A stretch of 59,449 nucleotides of DNA from Amoebidium appalachense. Taxonomy: Eukaryota; Protista; Ichthyosporea. Shown here in pieces: positions 59,082-59,449 of the stretch. The DNA lies in assembly GCA_963693365.1 (NCBI GenBank), contig CAVNZM010000010.1:9381326-9440774 (forward strand). The letters are read 5' to 3'. The notes beneath the pieces were generated by a model, which worked only from the letters and a program-made list of their open reading frames with translations, searched no databases and was not told where the DNA came from. A program made the position numbers and the translations under genes. The stretch's first letter is position 1. Each line of letters opens with the position of its first letter.

Positions 59082-59449
59082 CTGTTGAGCAATAGGTAGC
59101 GTGGTGAATAGGGATGCATGGGGGGTGTTGAGGTGGACTGGCAGGGCCTGGTGATGGTGTCTACCCATACAGTGATCGTGATGTTGGTTGTGCTCAAGTC
59201 CCTGTTGGTTACTGTGCCCTTTCGGTGCTCGGGGCTCTTGTCAGAGACACGCTGTGACTGGTTGTGGGTACCTTGTGCACGTGCTCGCAGTTCCGACGTA
59301 CCTGTCAGATTGTTTCACAGCTAGATACCTCGCCTCTAATAACGTTTCACTGCCTGACCAGCTGCTTTCTATTGGCTCGTTTGGGCTGCAGGATTGGATG
59401 GCTAGCATTTTTTTTTTTTTTTTCATGCATGCTGGTGCTGTTTTCCTTT

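Overview
Eukaryotic, repeat-dense window made almost entirely of mobile elements, with many C/G homopolymers and (CA)n tracts; no confidently identifiable host gene. (1) 1-~4760: a Penelope-like element (PLE) on the minus strand. Its >=939-codon ORF is absent from the ORF track because it runs off the window; domain order is N-terminal GIY-YIG - CxC - RT (Naiad/Chlamys type). It is preceded by a second ORF and a ~260-nt multi-stem candidate structured RNA. (2) ~13.3-37.8 kb: a decayed Polinton/adintovirus-like element. It has a protein-primed PolB with an inserted Vsr-like nuclease next to a VLTF3-like late transcription factor gene, which carries an AAAATTGA motif and a 3' GC hairpin/repeat array. 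(3) The pPolB gene is split by nested insertions: a Ty3/Gypsy chromovirus (15216-35293) contains a Ngaro-like tyrosine-recombinase retrotransposon (18951-31171), which contains a Ty1/Copia (22871-29618). A second Copia (37811-45832) carries a TRIM (41674-42635) and has non-matching flanks. (4) 6052-14911 recurs at 51062-59449, with the distal part inverted. All calls come from reading motifs and junctions by eye; no searches or folding programs were run.
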